A stretch of DNA of 64,000 bases. Source: Acidobacteriota bacterium. Lineage in GTDB: Bacteria; Acidobacteriota; Terriglobia; Terriglobales; Acidobacteriaceae. The notes beneath the pieces are model-generated. The model was not told the DNA's origin. It made no database searches and saw nothing but the letters and a program-made list of their open reading frames with translations. Below are positions 10,431 through 19,894 of the stretch, in pieces. Location of the stretch: positions 3,275 through 67,274 of the forward strand of contig QIAN01000055.1 in the NCBI GenBank assembly GCA_003225005.1. Direction: 5' to 3'. How positions within the stretch are numbered: position 1 is the first letter of the stretch; the number at the start of each line of letters is the position of its first letter. Made by a program: the position numbers and the translations under genes.

Positions 10431-11563
10431 TCACCATTCTGGCACTTCCGGGTCCGTAATCTGCGTATAGATGTCCAGGGTGGTACGAATGTCGCTGTGT
10501 CCGAGTTGGGCCTGCATCTCGGTCGGATGTGCTTCCTTCTTGCCGTGGGTAGAGAAACTCCTCCGGAGCACCTGGAAAGTAGGATGAAATTCAATTCCCA
10601 GTTTGTTCGCGACCGGGTAGAGGCGCAGGCGCAGCCAATTGTCCGGATGCATCGGCGTCGCGAGTGGCTTTCATGCACGCGCTTGCATCCCAGGGAACAT
10701 GAGTGCATTGGAGTCCGGGTTCGGGCACCTCGCCCTCCACAACTCAATCGCCTTGCGCACGGCTTGGGGAATCGCGACAAGCCGGTAATTGGTACGTCCG
10801 TAGCGGTTCTTGCGTTTGATTTTCTTGCGCTGCAGCCGGCCCCGCCACGCGGTATTCACGATAGTGAACACATTGCCGGTGTAGCATCCCCACGTCAGGC
10901 CGAAGAGTTCGCTCGGCCGCAGTGCAGAAGCACGCGATCAGGAAGATGGCGCGGTCACGGATGCCGTCAAGGCCCGCCAGCAGCTTGGCATACATCTCGA
11001 CGGGAAGAACCGGCTTTTCGGACTCTTCGATCTCTGGAATGACGGTCTTGCGAGCGACATTTCGCTCTAGGACTTCCTGGTCAACGGCCTCCGCCAAGGC
11101 CGCCTTGATCAGATCGCGTACATGGTAAACAACCGTGTACGAGTATTCCCCCGCTGCCAGCCGGTTGAGTAGCATCTGCACCTGAAACTTATGAGTGCGA
11201 CGTGTTCGAGGGTTGGATAGACATGACTGGTGAGGTAGTCGAGGTTGGTGCGGCGCGTCGCGTCCCGCCAGTTGGCGCCGCGCATCGGGATGTAGAAATT
11301 CCTCATCCAATTGCCAAATGTGATGGTCCCGTCTGCCGCTCGGGTGACTGGACCGCCATTGATAGCAGCCAGTTCCGCGGCCAGGATCTTCTCTGCGTCG
11401 GCCCGGTGCATCTTCGGCTTATAGCCCACCACCCGGCTCCGGTGATGTCGCTTGGTTTGCCGGTTGTGGGATCGGTCAGGTAGACGTTGTAGTGGATCTC
11501 CCAGCCGCCACCTTTGGTCGCAACCACCCGGCCTCTTTGATAACGCGCACGTCCGCGTGCCAT
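10431..11563 (-). pseudogene. Tyrosine recombinase/integrase, at least 5 frameshifts
   Basis: Fragments lie in three frames. They read MARGRARYQRGRVVATKGGGWEIHYNVYLTDPTTGKP / KRHHRSRVVGYKPKMHRADAEKILAAEL..TFGNWMRNFYIP / MLLNRLAAGEYSYTVVYHVRDLIKAALAEAVDQEVLERNVARK..DRAIFLIACFC / VFTIVNTAWRGRLQ..RLVAIPQAVRKAIELWR / NKLGIEFHPTFQVLRRSFSTHG..LGHSDIRTTLDIYTQ. Confidence 0.8.
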
Positions 11564-11792
11564 GAAACCTGCTCTCTGCGCTGGAATTGTTGTTCAGCTT
11601 TCGATTTCGCGCAAAACCGCGATGAAGAGCTGTCACCCAGCCGAAACCGCCGCCCTGCAGGCGAAATTCGGCAGTTGCTTTCGAGGAACTCGCTTGACGA
11701 AAATGGCCGTGAGCTTTTTATTTGCACCCTTATTGCACCCCTTCAAAACTCTAAGCCATTCACGTAGAATCGCTTACATGCGGATTACGGGC

Positions 11793-11853
11793 CGCCTCGA
11801 AAGCGGACATACCTTAACGGGTATCGGGGGTTCGAATCCCTCCCTCTCCGCCA
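11793..11853 (+). repeat. 61-nt copy of the 3' part of tRNA-Ser(CGA) (att-type remnant), inverted relative to the intact gene
   Basis: CGCCTCGAAAGCGGACATACCTTAACGGGTATCGGGGGTTCGAATCCCTCCCTCTCCGCCA matches the anticodon loop to CCA of the tRNA at 10217-10306 with 5 mismatches. No D arm or 5' acceptor strand lies upstream. Confidence 0.8.
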
Positions 11854-11982
11854 TATCGTCTTACCGCAACCCAGCTAGTTGTATGTTCGTACCCTCTCTG
11901 TCTCCAATGTTGTTTTGGGCCAAAATAGAAATACCAAAACGACTCTATTGAACTCATCTCACCAGAAGGACGGATCCCCGAA

Positions 11983-13482
11983 ATGAAAGACAAACCCTGC
12001 AAGGCTATTGTTCGGTTTGCGTTATTGCTGTGCCTCGCGGTTGCGGCATGGGGACAGACTGGAAATGTCATCGTTGTGGACCCGTCGGCTCCGGCGCATG
12101 CATTTCCTCATTTTTGGGAGCAAATGTTTGGCTCGGGACGCGCCATTCTGACGCTGCGCGAGAGCTATCGCAATGACTTGAAAGAAGTGAAGCGAATCAC
12201 TGATGTGCGGTATGTGCGCTTTCATGCCATCTTCCACGACGAAGTTGGCGTGTACGACGAGAACGAGCAAGGACAGCCGACTTACAACTTCTCTTACGTC
12301 GATCAAATTTATGACGGCCTTCTGGCCAACGGCGTGAGGCCGTTCATCGAACTCAGTTTCATGCCGAAGAAGTTGGCATCAAAGGAGATTCTGCAAGCCT
12401 TCTGGTACAAGCCCAACGTAGCGCCTCCGAGAGACTGGGCAAAATGGGACGATCTGATCGCGCAATTCACCCAGCATCTCGTCGCACGTTACGGGATCGA
12501 TGAGGTCCGTCAGTGGTATTTCGAAGTCTGGAATGAGCCCAACCTGGATTTCTGGGGCGGTGAGCCGCGGCAACCGACATATTGGGAGCTTTATGACCAC
12601 ACCGTCCAAGCAATTAAGGCGGTGAACCCGCAGCTGCGCGTCGGCGGTCCCGCAACGGCTCAGGCGGCGTGGGCCGACGCCTTCATTCAACACTGCTCTG
12701 ACAACCACGTTCCCGTCGATTTTGTCTCCACACATGTTTATGGCAATGACAAGGCCCAGGACGTCTTCGGGAACGACGAGAATATCCCGCGCGACAAAAT
12801 GGTGTGCAGGGCGGTGAAGAAAGTTCACGACCAGATCAAGGCCTCCTCAATGCCCGCTCTGCCTTTGATCTGGAGCGAGTTCAACGCCAGTTATTTCAAT
12901 GAACCGGCGGTCACCGACTCGGCCTACATGGGCCCTTGGATGGCCGAGACCGTCCGCCAATGCGATGGTCTTGTGGACATGATGTCGTACTGGACTTTTT
13001 CCGACGTTTTCGAAGAGCAAGGAGTAGTGAAAACGCCCTTTTACGGAGGCTTTGGATTGATTGCTGCGGAGGGAATACCGAAGCCCGCATTCAATGCCTT
13101 CAAACTGCTGCACGAGCTGGGCGAGGAACGCATCGAACTCGATTCCGATTCCGCTTTGCTGACCCGAAGAAAGGACCGGGCGTTGGTACTTGCCGTATGG
13201 AACTACGCGCCGACTGAGCAAGCAGGCCCAGCCAGGACTGTGACTTTGCGGTTCAAAGGAACTCGGTTGAAGCACTCTCGTGTTTCATTACTCGATCCTG
13301 CTCATGGTGACGTCCATGCCGCTTACGAGAAGATGGGCTCACCGCGATATCCTACGCCGTCACAGGTCCGGCAACTGAGAGCAGCCGCCGAACTGCCTGT
13401 GCCCGAAATCCACAACTTGAAAAACGGCGAGTTGACATTAACCCTTCCTGCTTACGGGCTGGCGCTGATCCAGCTGAAATAA
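11983..13482 (+). CDS. Glycoside hydrolase family 39 (beta-xylosidase-like), secreted
   Basis: Intact 499-aa ORF with a signal peptide. It carries the GH39 hallmarks FHAIFHDEVGVY, FIELSFMP and YFEVWNEPNLDFW (acid/base Glu in the NEP motif). Confidence 0.8.
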   Translation: MKDKPCKAIVRFALLLCLAVAAWGQTGNVIVVDPSAPAHAFPHFWEQMFGSGRAILTLRESYRNDLKEVKRITDVRYVRFHAIFHDEVGVYDENEQGQPTYNFSYVDQIYDGLLANGVRPFIELSFMPKKLASKEILQAFWYKPNVAPPRDWAKWDDLIAQFTQHLVARYGIDEVRQWYFEVWNEPNLDFWGGEPRQPTYWELYDHTVQAIKAVNPQLRVGGPATAQAAWADAFIQHCSDNHVPVDFVSTHVYGNDKAQDVFGNDENIPRDKMVCRAVKKVHDQIKASSMPALPLIWSEFNASYFNEPAVTDSAYMGPWMAETVRQCDGLVDMMSYWTFSDVFEEQGVVKTPFYGGFGLIAAEGIPKPAFNAFKLLHELGEERIELDSDSALLTRRKDRALVLAVWNYAPTEQAGPARTVTLRFKGTRLKHSRVSLLDPAHGDVHAAYEKMGSPRYPTPSQVRQLRAAAELPVPEIHNLKNGELTLTLPAYGLALIQLK

Positions 13483-13605
13483 AAGCAGATCCAAACTACT
13501 TCTATCCCAAAATGCAGCTTTCGCTGTATGTCTATCCCAGAGACGTCGTTGGCATCCTAATAACGTCGTTAGATCTAAAAGCGGCAGCGTCCTCGGGGGG
13601 GAGCA

Positions 13606-15033
13606 ATGTCTACAAATGGTGTTATGCAATCCACCGAGTCTATGCCTGTGCCGGCGCACGAGCATGCCACATGCCTGCACGATGTGCAGTTGTACTCTGA
13701 CGACGCGTACCTTCTGGATTCGCTCACCACTTTCGTCGGGCGCGAAATCACCAAGGGAACTCGGCGATCGTAATTGCGACGAAGGAACATCGCGACGGCC
13801 TGGCTGAGCGTCTGGCGCGGCAGCATCCCGATCTGTGTCTCGCAGTGGAACAAGGCCGCTACATCGCTTTAGATGCCGCTGACACCCTCTCAAAATTCAT
13901 GGTGAATGGCACGCCCGACCCGATTCTGTTTTCTGAACTTATCGGGGCCACTGTTTCCCGAGCCGCTGCCGCCGTACGCGGCGAGCATTCCCGAGTGGCT
14001 GCCTATGGGGAAATGGTCTCGTTACTGTGGGCCGAAGGCGAGTACGAAGCGGTGGTTCGCCTGGAACAACTTTGAAATGATTTAGGCAAGACTCATTCGT
14101 TTGCTCTTCGTTGCGGCTATCCCTTGAAAGGGTTCGATCGGAAAGATCATAGCGATCTGTTCCTGAAAATCTGCACCGAACATTCAGCCGTGATTCCTGA
14201 TGAAAGCTTTACAAAATTGGCTGATGAGAAGGAGCGCCTTCGGACTGTGGCGAGCTTGCAGCAAAGGGAGCAGGCGCTCGCAACGGAGGTCGCAGAGTTC
14301 CGGACGACGTCCGCTCAGACAGTTGAAGTTCAGAACAGGAATGTAGAACTCATCGAGGAGGTCAAGAAGCGGGAAACTGCCGAAGACGAGCTGAGAAGGT
14401 TTACCCGGCGACTGCTCGCTTCCCGGGATACGGAACAGCGACGCGTAGCCCGCGAACTACACGAAAATGCAGCTCAGTTGCTGGCGGCGCTCGCAATGAG
14501 CCTGAGTGTTTTGCACGAAGAAAAGGACGCACTCAGCCCCCGAGGCGCAGATGCCGTTCTGCGCAGTACCTCGTTAACCCAAAATGTGCGGCGGGAAGTA
14601 CGCAAACTTTCGCATGTGCTGCATCCACCGACGCTCGATGAAATGGGGCTCGCAGCGGCTCTCCGCTGGTACGTGGAACAGTTCGCCGAATCCAGCGGAA
14701 TAAAAGCCGCGCTAGACGTACCCAAGACCGTAGGCCGCCTTCCGCGGAATCTCGAGATCGCCGCTTTTAGAATTGTTGAAGAATCTCTGAAAAACGCCTG
14801 CGCCATTCGGGAAGTTCAAGCGTCGCGGTTCGCATGACCCGATCCAGAGGCGAGCTGCTGCTTGAAGTCCAGGACGAGGGAATCGGAATGCCTTCCCAAC
14901 GAGACACCTCCGGGCTTGGTATCGTCGGAATGCGGGAACGGCCACGGAACTAGGGGGGACCCTCACCATCAACTCTAGTGGCCGCGGTACATTGATATAC
15001 GCGCGGTTTCCCCTAACGCAAACGAACCGTTAG
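13606..15033 (+). pseudogene. MEDS-domain / HisKA_3 sensor histidine kinase, decayed
   Basis: ATG 13606 (MSTNGV..VQLYSDDAYLLDSLTTFVG) is followed by a frame break near 13770. The MEDS core then ends in LEQL-TGA(14073-14075)-NDL, where Trp is expected. Track ORF 14124..14837 carries the coiled coil and H-box (RRVARELHENAAQLL). There are further breaks near 14800 and 14945 before the ATPase lid (LLLEVQDEGIGM..GLGIVGMRER..GGTLTINS). Confidence 0.75.
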
Positions 15034-15101
15034 AACGGCGGGTCCGCGTTACGCCCCTGGCTTCTGATTCAGGATTTCGTGACCAGCTAAGCTAAGCTAG
15101 A

Positions 15102-15404
15102 TCAGATTTCGGTCCGCGGTTCTTTATGGCGGACCAGATACCAGCAGGGAGTGTGGCCGCCGTGCGGGAACACGGAGTGCACACAAATCTGTGCAGTGGG
15201 CGGATCGAACAGAAACTCCGTCTTGCCGTCCTTGTGTTGCACCGCGTAGTAGTGCCGAACCGCTACGGACCCATACGGAATCCTGTTACTGGCGCTGCGA
15301 TAGCGGAACAAAGCATAGTCGCCGGCATACACGAGAACTAGCGCCGTCGCGCCCGATGCGACGGTTATCTTCAGAAATCGCTTCAAAGCACGCTGTAGAT
15401 TCAA
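15102..15404 (-). CDS. Small membrane-anchored hypothetical protein
   Basis: Downstream part of track ORF 15102..15596. The likely start is TTG 15404, 6 nt after GGAAAGG ((M)NLQRALKRFLKITVASGATALVLVYAG..). There is one TM helix. Confidence 0.4.
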   Translation of the reverse strand: MNLQRALKRFLKITVASGATALVLVYAGDYALFRYRSASNRIPYGSVAVRHYYAVQHKDGKTEFLFDPPTAQICVHSVFPHGGHTPCWYLVRHKEPRTEI

Positions 15405-15601
15405 TCTCGACCTTTCCCGACCGGGCGGAACTTGGTTCCCTAAGCGTCGTAAGCAGATTAGCCCATCTCGTTGACAATTCCCCCTTCCGACAGGCAAACT
15501 ACCGCATTCGCTGGGAAAGGGATCCTGGCGAAGCCCTGTTGCCATGCCGGTAACCGACGGCATGCACGGGTCCAACAATTCTTCCCTCGCTCTCATACGC
15601 C

Positions 15602-16048
15602 ATGGCCGAGCAACGGGTCTCTTACACGCTCGATTCCACCTTGGAGACGGTGGACAGTGCGGAGGAGAAGGCCACCAACATCGCCACCGAGCTCGGCTTC
15701 GGCGAAGACGAAGTAATGCAGATCTCCATGGCGGTACGCGAAGGAACGGTCAACGCCGTTCTGCATGGTAACGCTTACGATCCGCACAAGAAGGTCACGC
15801 TGGCGTTTGAGCGAAAGTCTGAGGAGCTGGTCATCACAATTCGCGACCAGGGAAAGGGGCTGGATCTGAGCAAGATTCCAAACCCGTTGGCTCCAGAAAA
15901 CCTGCTCAAGACTTCCGGACGCGGAATTTTTCTTATGCGCTCGTTCATGGACGTGGTGGAAATTCGCCCGTCCAAAACCGGCACCGAACTTAAACTGATC
16001 AAGCACGTCCACGGACCATCCGCGGGCGGCAAGGAGGCTTCCCAGTGA
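15602..16048 (+). CDS. RsbW/SpoIIAB-like anti-sigma serine kinase (HATPase_c_2)
   Basis: 148 aa. Family-typical segments are [32 protein letters not shown] and [12 protein letters not shown]. It overlaps the next gene by 4 nt. Confidence 0.75.
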   Translation: MAEQRVSYTLDSTLETVDSAEEKATNIATELGFGEDEVMQISMAVREGTVNAVLHGNAYDPHKKVTLAFERKSEELVITIRDQGKGLDLSKIPNPLAPENLLKTSGRGIFLMRSFMDVVEIRPSKTGTELKLIKHVHGPSAGGKEASQ

Positions 16049-16389
16049 GCATGAAGATTAGTAGTCGTCAGGTCGATGGAGTCACGATTATGGACTGTAG
16101 CGGCCGTATCACTCTAGGAGAGGGCAGCGTGATGTTGCGCGACGGCGTCCGCGAGCTGCTCGCCAAAGGACAGAAGAAGATTGTACTGAACCTCGCTGAC
16201 GTCAACTACATTGACAGCTCCGGCATCGGAGAACTAGTTAGCGCCTTTACCACGGCGAAGAACCAAGGCGGCGAACTGAAGCTGCTCAACTTGACCAAGA
16301 AAGTTCACGATCTGCTGCAGATCACCAAGCTTTACACCGTCTTCGATGTGAAAGAGGACGAGGCAGCGGCCGTAAAAGCGTTCAAGTAA
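16045..16389 (+). CDS. STAS-domain anti-sigma-factor antagonist (SpoIIAA/RsbV-like)
   Basis: 114 aa. It carries [18 protein letters not shown] with the phosphorylatable Ser, and [19 protein letters not shown]. Confidence 0.8.
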   Translation: MSMKISSRQVDGVTIMDCSGRITLGEGSVMLRDGVRELLAKGQKKIVLNLADVNYIDSSGIGELVSAFTTAKNQGGELKLLNLTKKVHDLLQITKLYTVFDVKEDEAAAVKAFK

Positions 16390-16456
16390 GAACATCGAAT
16401 CATTGATTGTCCAGCGGCAAATTGCGCGGCTATCCGTCGTCACTATCCTGAATGCG

Positions 16457-16483
16457 CGGGCCAGCTCGCGTCTGGCCCGTTTT
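16457..16483 (+). terminator. Rho-independent terminator after the RsbW/STAS pair
   Basis: CGGGCCAG-ctcgcgt-CTGGCCCG forms an 8-bp GC-rich stem, followed by TTTT. Confidence 0.55.
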
Positions 16484-16733
16484 GGTCTACGCTTTCATCT
16501 CCGCTCAGTGTCTTCCGAGGTTTCAATGTGGGAGTTCCGCGACAAACATCCGCAATATCACAGACCGTTGTTCTTAGCATTCGTAGAATTGTTTCATTCC
16601 GAACCTGCGGGTGTTCCCGATGCCAAACTGGGTCAACTGCGCCACCCTAGAGATGCCGCGCGAGGTCGCATTTTGTCGTCACGCTCGGCCTGGCATCTCG
16701 ACTCGCCATCTACATTTTTTGCTTCTGCCACTC

Positions 16734-17909
16734 TTACACCTTTCCCTTCCTCAATTCCTCCAGTGGATACTTCGTCCCTCGCCACACGATGCCGTCGTTC
16801 CACAGCGTCAAAAACATAGACCGCAGCAGCGTATAGACAAACAGTACGGTGCTGATCGGGTGCAAAAAAAAATAATACGAGGGTACCGCGGAACGCCACG
16901 ACATTCCCAGATAAATCAGGAAAATTGAGAGTAGCGCTACGGCATACGGCAGTCGTGCCCAGCCGTGCGTCAGCCACACTCCGAAGAAGGGCATGAGATT
17001 GAGGAAGGCCAGGCCAAACGCCGAGATTAAAGTCCGCCACCACTGAAACGAAAGCACGGCAAAAAAGTTCTTCGTGAGATTGTTGACCACTCCCATCGCC
17101 CCTCGTGCCCACCGAATCGAAATCAAATCCTCACCAAAAACGTTTCGCTGAGCGAAGCCGGCATTCTTCACCACCTTGCCCAACTTCATATCGTCGAGCA
17201 CTTCCATACGCAGAGCTTCATAAGTGCCCACGGCTTCATACACCTCTCGCCGAATCAGATTGAACGCTCCTACGCCCATGTGGTCTCGAGTCTTCGGGTC
17301 CGCAACCTTCCAAGGCCGATGACCGAACACAAACATGGTCTGAAAGAAGGCAATGGTCATGTACTCTCCAGCACGCTTCATGATCATGCGCGGAAATAAG
17401 ACAACGTGATCGGCACGCTCCGCCTCGGCGTAAGCCAACGCGCGCCGCAACGTGTCGGGCTTGAAGTAAACATCGGCGTCCGTGAAGAGCAGCCAGTCGC
17501 CGGTCGCAATTTCACCGGCACCCCACATGGCATGCGTCTTGCCCATCCAACCGGCTGGCAATTCTGTGACGTGGATGACTCTCAGCTTGTTCCGCGCTTC
17601 CGAACGAGCCGCGGTCCTGTCCATGATCGCCCCGGTGCCATCCGTGGAGCGGTCGTTGACCGCGATGACTTCGTAGTTGGAATACTCGAGCGCCAAAAGC
17701 TCAGTCAGCGTCTCGCCAATATGCTCTTCTTCGTTGCGGGCGGGGACAATGATGCTGACCCGGGGCTCACCACTGGGAGTTACAGGTTTGCGATCCCATT
17801 CCGGCCGTGCAATGTCCGCAACTTGCGGCATTCCGAACGCGGCATCGACGATCCTGGAGAACCAGACCACCGCCAAAATCGTGCCTGAAATCCAGAGAAA
17901 ATAAGCCAT
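16734..17909 (-). CDS. Family 2 glycosyltransferase with C-terminal TM helices (HpnB-like architecture)
   Basis: Track ORF 16734..18260. The real start is probably Met at 17909 (MAYFLWISG..), 20 nt after the MFS stop. GT-A motifs are SIIVPARNEE, VIAVNDRSTDGT and LLFTDADV, followed by membrane helices. Confidence 0.7.
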   Translation of the reverse strand: MAYFLWISGTILAVVWFSRIVDAAFGMPQVADIARPEWDRKPVTPSGEPRVSIIVPARNEEEHIGETLTELLALEYSNYEVIAVNDRSTDGTGAIMDRTAARSEARNKLRVIHVTELPAGWMGKTHAMWGAGEIATGDWLLFTDADVYFKPDTLRRALAYAEAERADHVVLFPRMIMKRAGEYMTIAFFQTMFVFGHRPWKVADPKTRDHMGVGAFNLIRREVYEAVGTYEALRMEVLDDMKLGKVVKNAGFAQRNVFGEDLISIRWARGAMGVVNNLTKNFFAVLSFQWWRTLISAFGLAFLNLMPFFGVWLTHGWARLPYAVALLSIFLIYLGMSWRSAVPSYYFFLHPISTVLFVYTLLRSMFLTLWNDGIVWRGTKYPLEELRKGKV

Positions 17910-17929
17910 CCGGCCTAGGTGGTCCTCAC

Positions 17930-19156
17930 TTAAGGAGAGGACGCGCCAATACTTACGGGCGGCGCGTACTTCATCCCATAGAACAGTATGGCAGAGGAAA
18001 GTGCGATGGCGGCGACGGGGGCAATAAATGCGGTCTGCATTGAATACTTGTCTGACATGTAGCCAATAAGGGGGGCGGAGGGCACGTCGCCCAGCAGGTG
18101 AAAAATGAAGATGTTTGCCGCCAGCGCGGCAGCGCGGACGTGAGGTCCAACCGAATTGATAATAGCGGCATTCAGCGGGCCAGTATTCAAGAGTAAGAAG
18201 AACTCGGCGACGAAGATGCCTGCGACCATCGGCCGGCCGCTGGCAAACAGTGCGAAACACATGGCAGGAATTCCTAACGCCAAACTGACCGCCGACAGTA
18301 AGTAGTGTGCCGATCGAGTACGCCTCAGCAGCCGATCGGAGATCCAGCCACCCAGCAGTGACGCAACCAGTCCGTTAATGAGCGTGCTCATTCCGAAGAC
18401 AAGGCCCGCCTTGCCCAGGCTGTAACCGTGGACCCTGTGCAGGAACGTGGGCATCCAGACCTGCAGACCACCTAATGCAAATGTCATCATTGCCATGCCG
18501 AAGGTCGCGGTCAGGAAAGCGGGATTGTGGACCAAGCCTTTTAGGGTATCTCGCTCGGGCACCCTGTGTTCGGCGCCATCGAACTGGCCGAGCGGGGGTT
18601 CAGGCACAAACCATAACAAGAATGCCAGTAACACTCCCGGAATGGCGCTAACATAGAAGGGCGCTCGCCATCCGTAAAGCGGACCCATATACCCACCCAA
18701 GAGGTATCCCAAGGCGGTGCCCACCGGAATTGCCAGATAGAACACGCCCATCACCCGGCCACGCTTGTCCTCTGGAAACATGTCCGCGACAAATGTCGGC
18801 GACAGAATGACGAAGCTCGCTTCGCCGATACCGACCAGAGTGTGCCGAATTAGCAGCTCATCAAAATTCTTGGTGATGGCAGTCATTAACGTTGCGACAC
18901 TCCAAACCAACGCGCCTGCAATGATCACAGTCTTGCGGGAGAAGCGGACTGAAAGGGGACCCATGAAGGGCGCCGCGCACATGTAAAAAATAAAGAATAC
19001 AGCGGTTAGAAGGCCGAAGGCCGCGTCGCTGCGGGGGAACTCCGCCTTGACAAGATCCTGCACTCCAAAGAGCACAGAGCGATCAATGTAGTTAAGCAGA
19101 TTCAGCGCTGTCAGTAGGGCGAGCGCCGTGCGGGGATAGAGCTTGGTCTCGGTCAC
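17930..19156 (-). CDS. MFS transporter (Spinster-like)
   Basis: 408 aa with 12 predicted TM helices. It has an N-terminal LNLLNYIDRSVL motif and the MFS signature PEDKRGRVMG. Confidence 0.75.
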   Translation of the reverse strand: MTETKLYPRTALALLTALNLLNYIDRSVLFGVQDLVKAEFPRSDAAFGLLTAVFFIFYMCAAPFMGPLSVRFSRKTVIIAGALVWSVATLMTAITKNFDELLIRHTLVGIGEASFVILSPTFVADMFPEDKRGRVMGVFYLAIPVGTALGYLLGGYMGPLYGWRAPFYVSAIPGVLLAFLLWFVPEPPLGQFDGAEHRVPERDTLKGLVHNPAFLTATFGMAMMTFALGGLQVWMPTFLHRVHGYSLGKAGLVFGMSTLINGLVASLLGGWISDRLLRRTRSAHYLLSAVSLALGIPAMCFALFASGRPMVAGIFVAEFFLLLNTGPLNAAIINSVGPHVRAAALAANIFIFHLLGDVPSAPLIGYMSDKYSMQTAFIAPVAAIALSSAILFYGMKYAPPVSIGASSP

Positions 19157-19194
19157 AGGTCGAGCGAATATAACACGGCGGGCAAGTTCAACTG

Positions 19195-19285
19195 CAGAAG
19201 TAAGAAGTCAGATTGCAGAAGTAAAACTCTCTCATACTGTTTCTGACTCTCGATTTCACTTCTGCAATCTGACTTCTTACTTCTG
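19195..19285. repeat. Perfect 28-bp inverted repeat built from 7-nt words, 35-nt spacer
   Basis: Left arm 19195-19222 is cagaagt|aagaagt|cagattg|cagaagt. Right arm 19258-19285 is its exact reverse complement and overlaps the queF stop codon (19277-19279). Confidence 0.9.
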
Positions 19286-19684
19286 ACTTCTCTTCGGCCG
19301 CGGCCATCGCGCAATCACCACGGTAGAGATTCCTCCACGCGGACGAAAGTCGCCCTTCACTTCCGCCCACGCTGGCTTGCTCCAGCGAACTACATCCTCA
19401 AGCACGCGGTTGACGATATTCTCCTGAAAAATCCCCAGGTTGCGGTAGCAATACAAGTACTCCTTTAGCGATTTGAGTTCCAGGCAGAGCTTGTCCGGCA
19501 TATAGCGGAGGGTAATGACACCGAAATCTGGCAGCCCAGTCTTAGGGCACACGGACGTGAATTCAGGATTATCAATCACAATCTCGTAACCCGGAAACTG
19601 GTTGGGCCAAGTCTCGATCTCCGGGAACTTCGCATCGAGCCCGGCTTCAGCATGCTCAGACGTGTAGCGAGGCTGCTTGTCCAT
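19277..19684 (-). CDS. queF: NADPH-dependent 7-cyano-7-deazaguanine (preQ0) reductase, unimodular type
   Basis: Track ORF 19277..19792, with the likely start at Met 19684 (MDKQPRYTSE..). The catalytic Cys lies in EFTSVCPKTGLPDFG, and the QueF motif is ELKSLKEYLYCY. Confidence 0.85.
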   Translation of the reverse strand: MDKQPRYTSEHAEAGLDAKFPEIETWPNQFPGYEIVIDNPEFTSVCPKTGLPDFGVITLRYMPDKLCLELKSLKEYLYCYRNLGIFQENIVNRVLEDVVRWSKPAWAEVKGDFRPRGGISTVVIARWPRPKRSQK

Positions 19685-19894
19685 GGGGTTATTGTAGCGG
19701 GTGAACATAAACAGCGGGGCGCAGAGACTCCAGAGAGCGGCTGAAGTTCCTTCGACTCCCATACCCATGCGTCCTGGGACTAGATCCAGCATCTAACATG
19801 GCATAGGGATCGGCGTTTGTATTCATATGAGACCAGCCGCAATGGTAAATTGATGCTTACAGTTATTCCTGCCGCATCCTGAAAAGAAACCAGG

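Noticed and set aside
8880-11563. Frameshifts in the two integrases, considered as programmed ribosomal frameshifting of the kind seen in IS transposases.
   Set aside because: Tyrosine integrases are not known to use programmed frameshifting. Integrase 2 needs five or more shifts in both directions. No slippery heptamer is visible at the break points.
14073-14075. In-frame TGA in the MEDS kinase, considered as selenocysteine or Trp recoding. The in-frame TAG at 2996 and TAA at 29498 were considered as read-through.
   Set aside because: TGA, TAG and TAA all terminate well-supported genes in this window. The same three genes carry additional frameshifts or truncations. I did not look for a SECIS-like structure downstream of 14075. 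Ordinary nonsense mutations are the simpler explanation.
19685-19894. Possible preQ1 riboswitch in the leader of queF.
   Set aside because: I could not find the small preQ1-type hairpin with the conserved loop and A-rich tail. Nothing supports calling one from the sequence alone.
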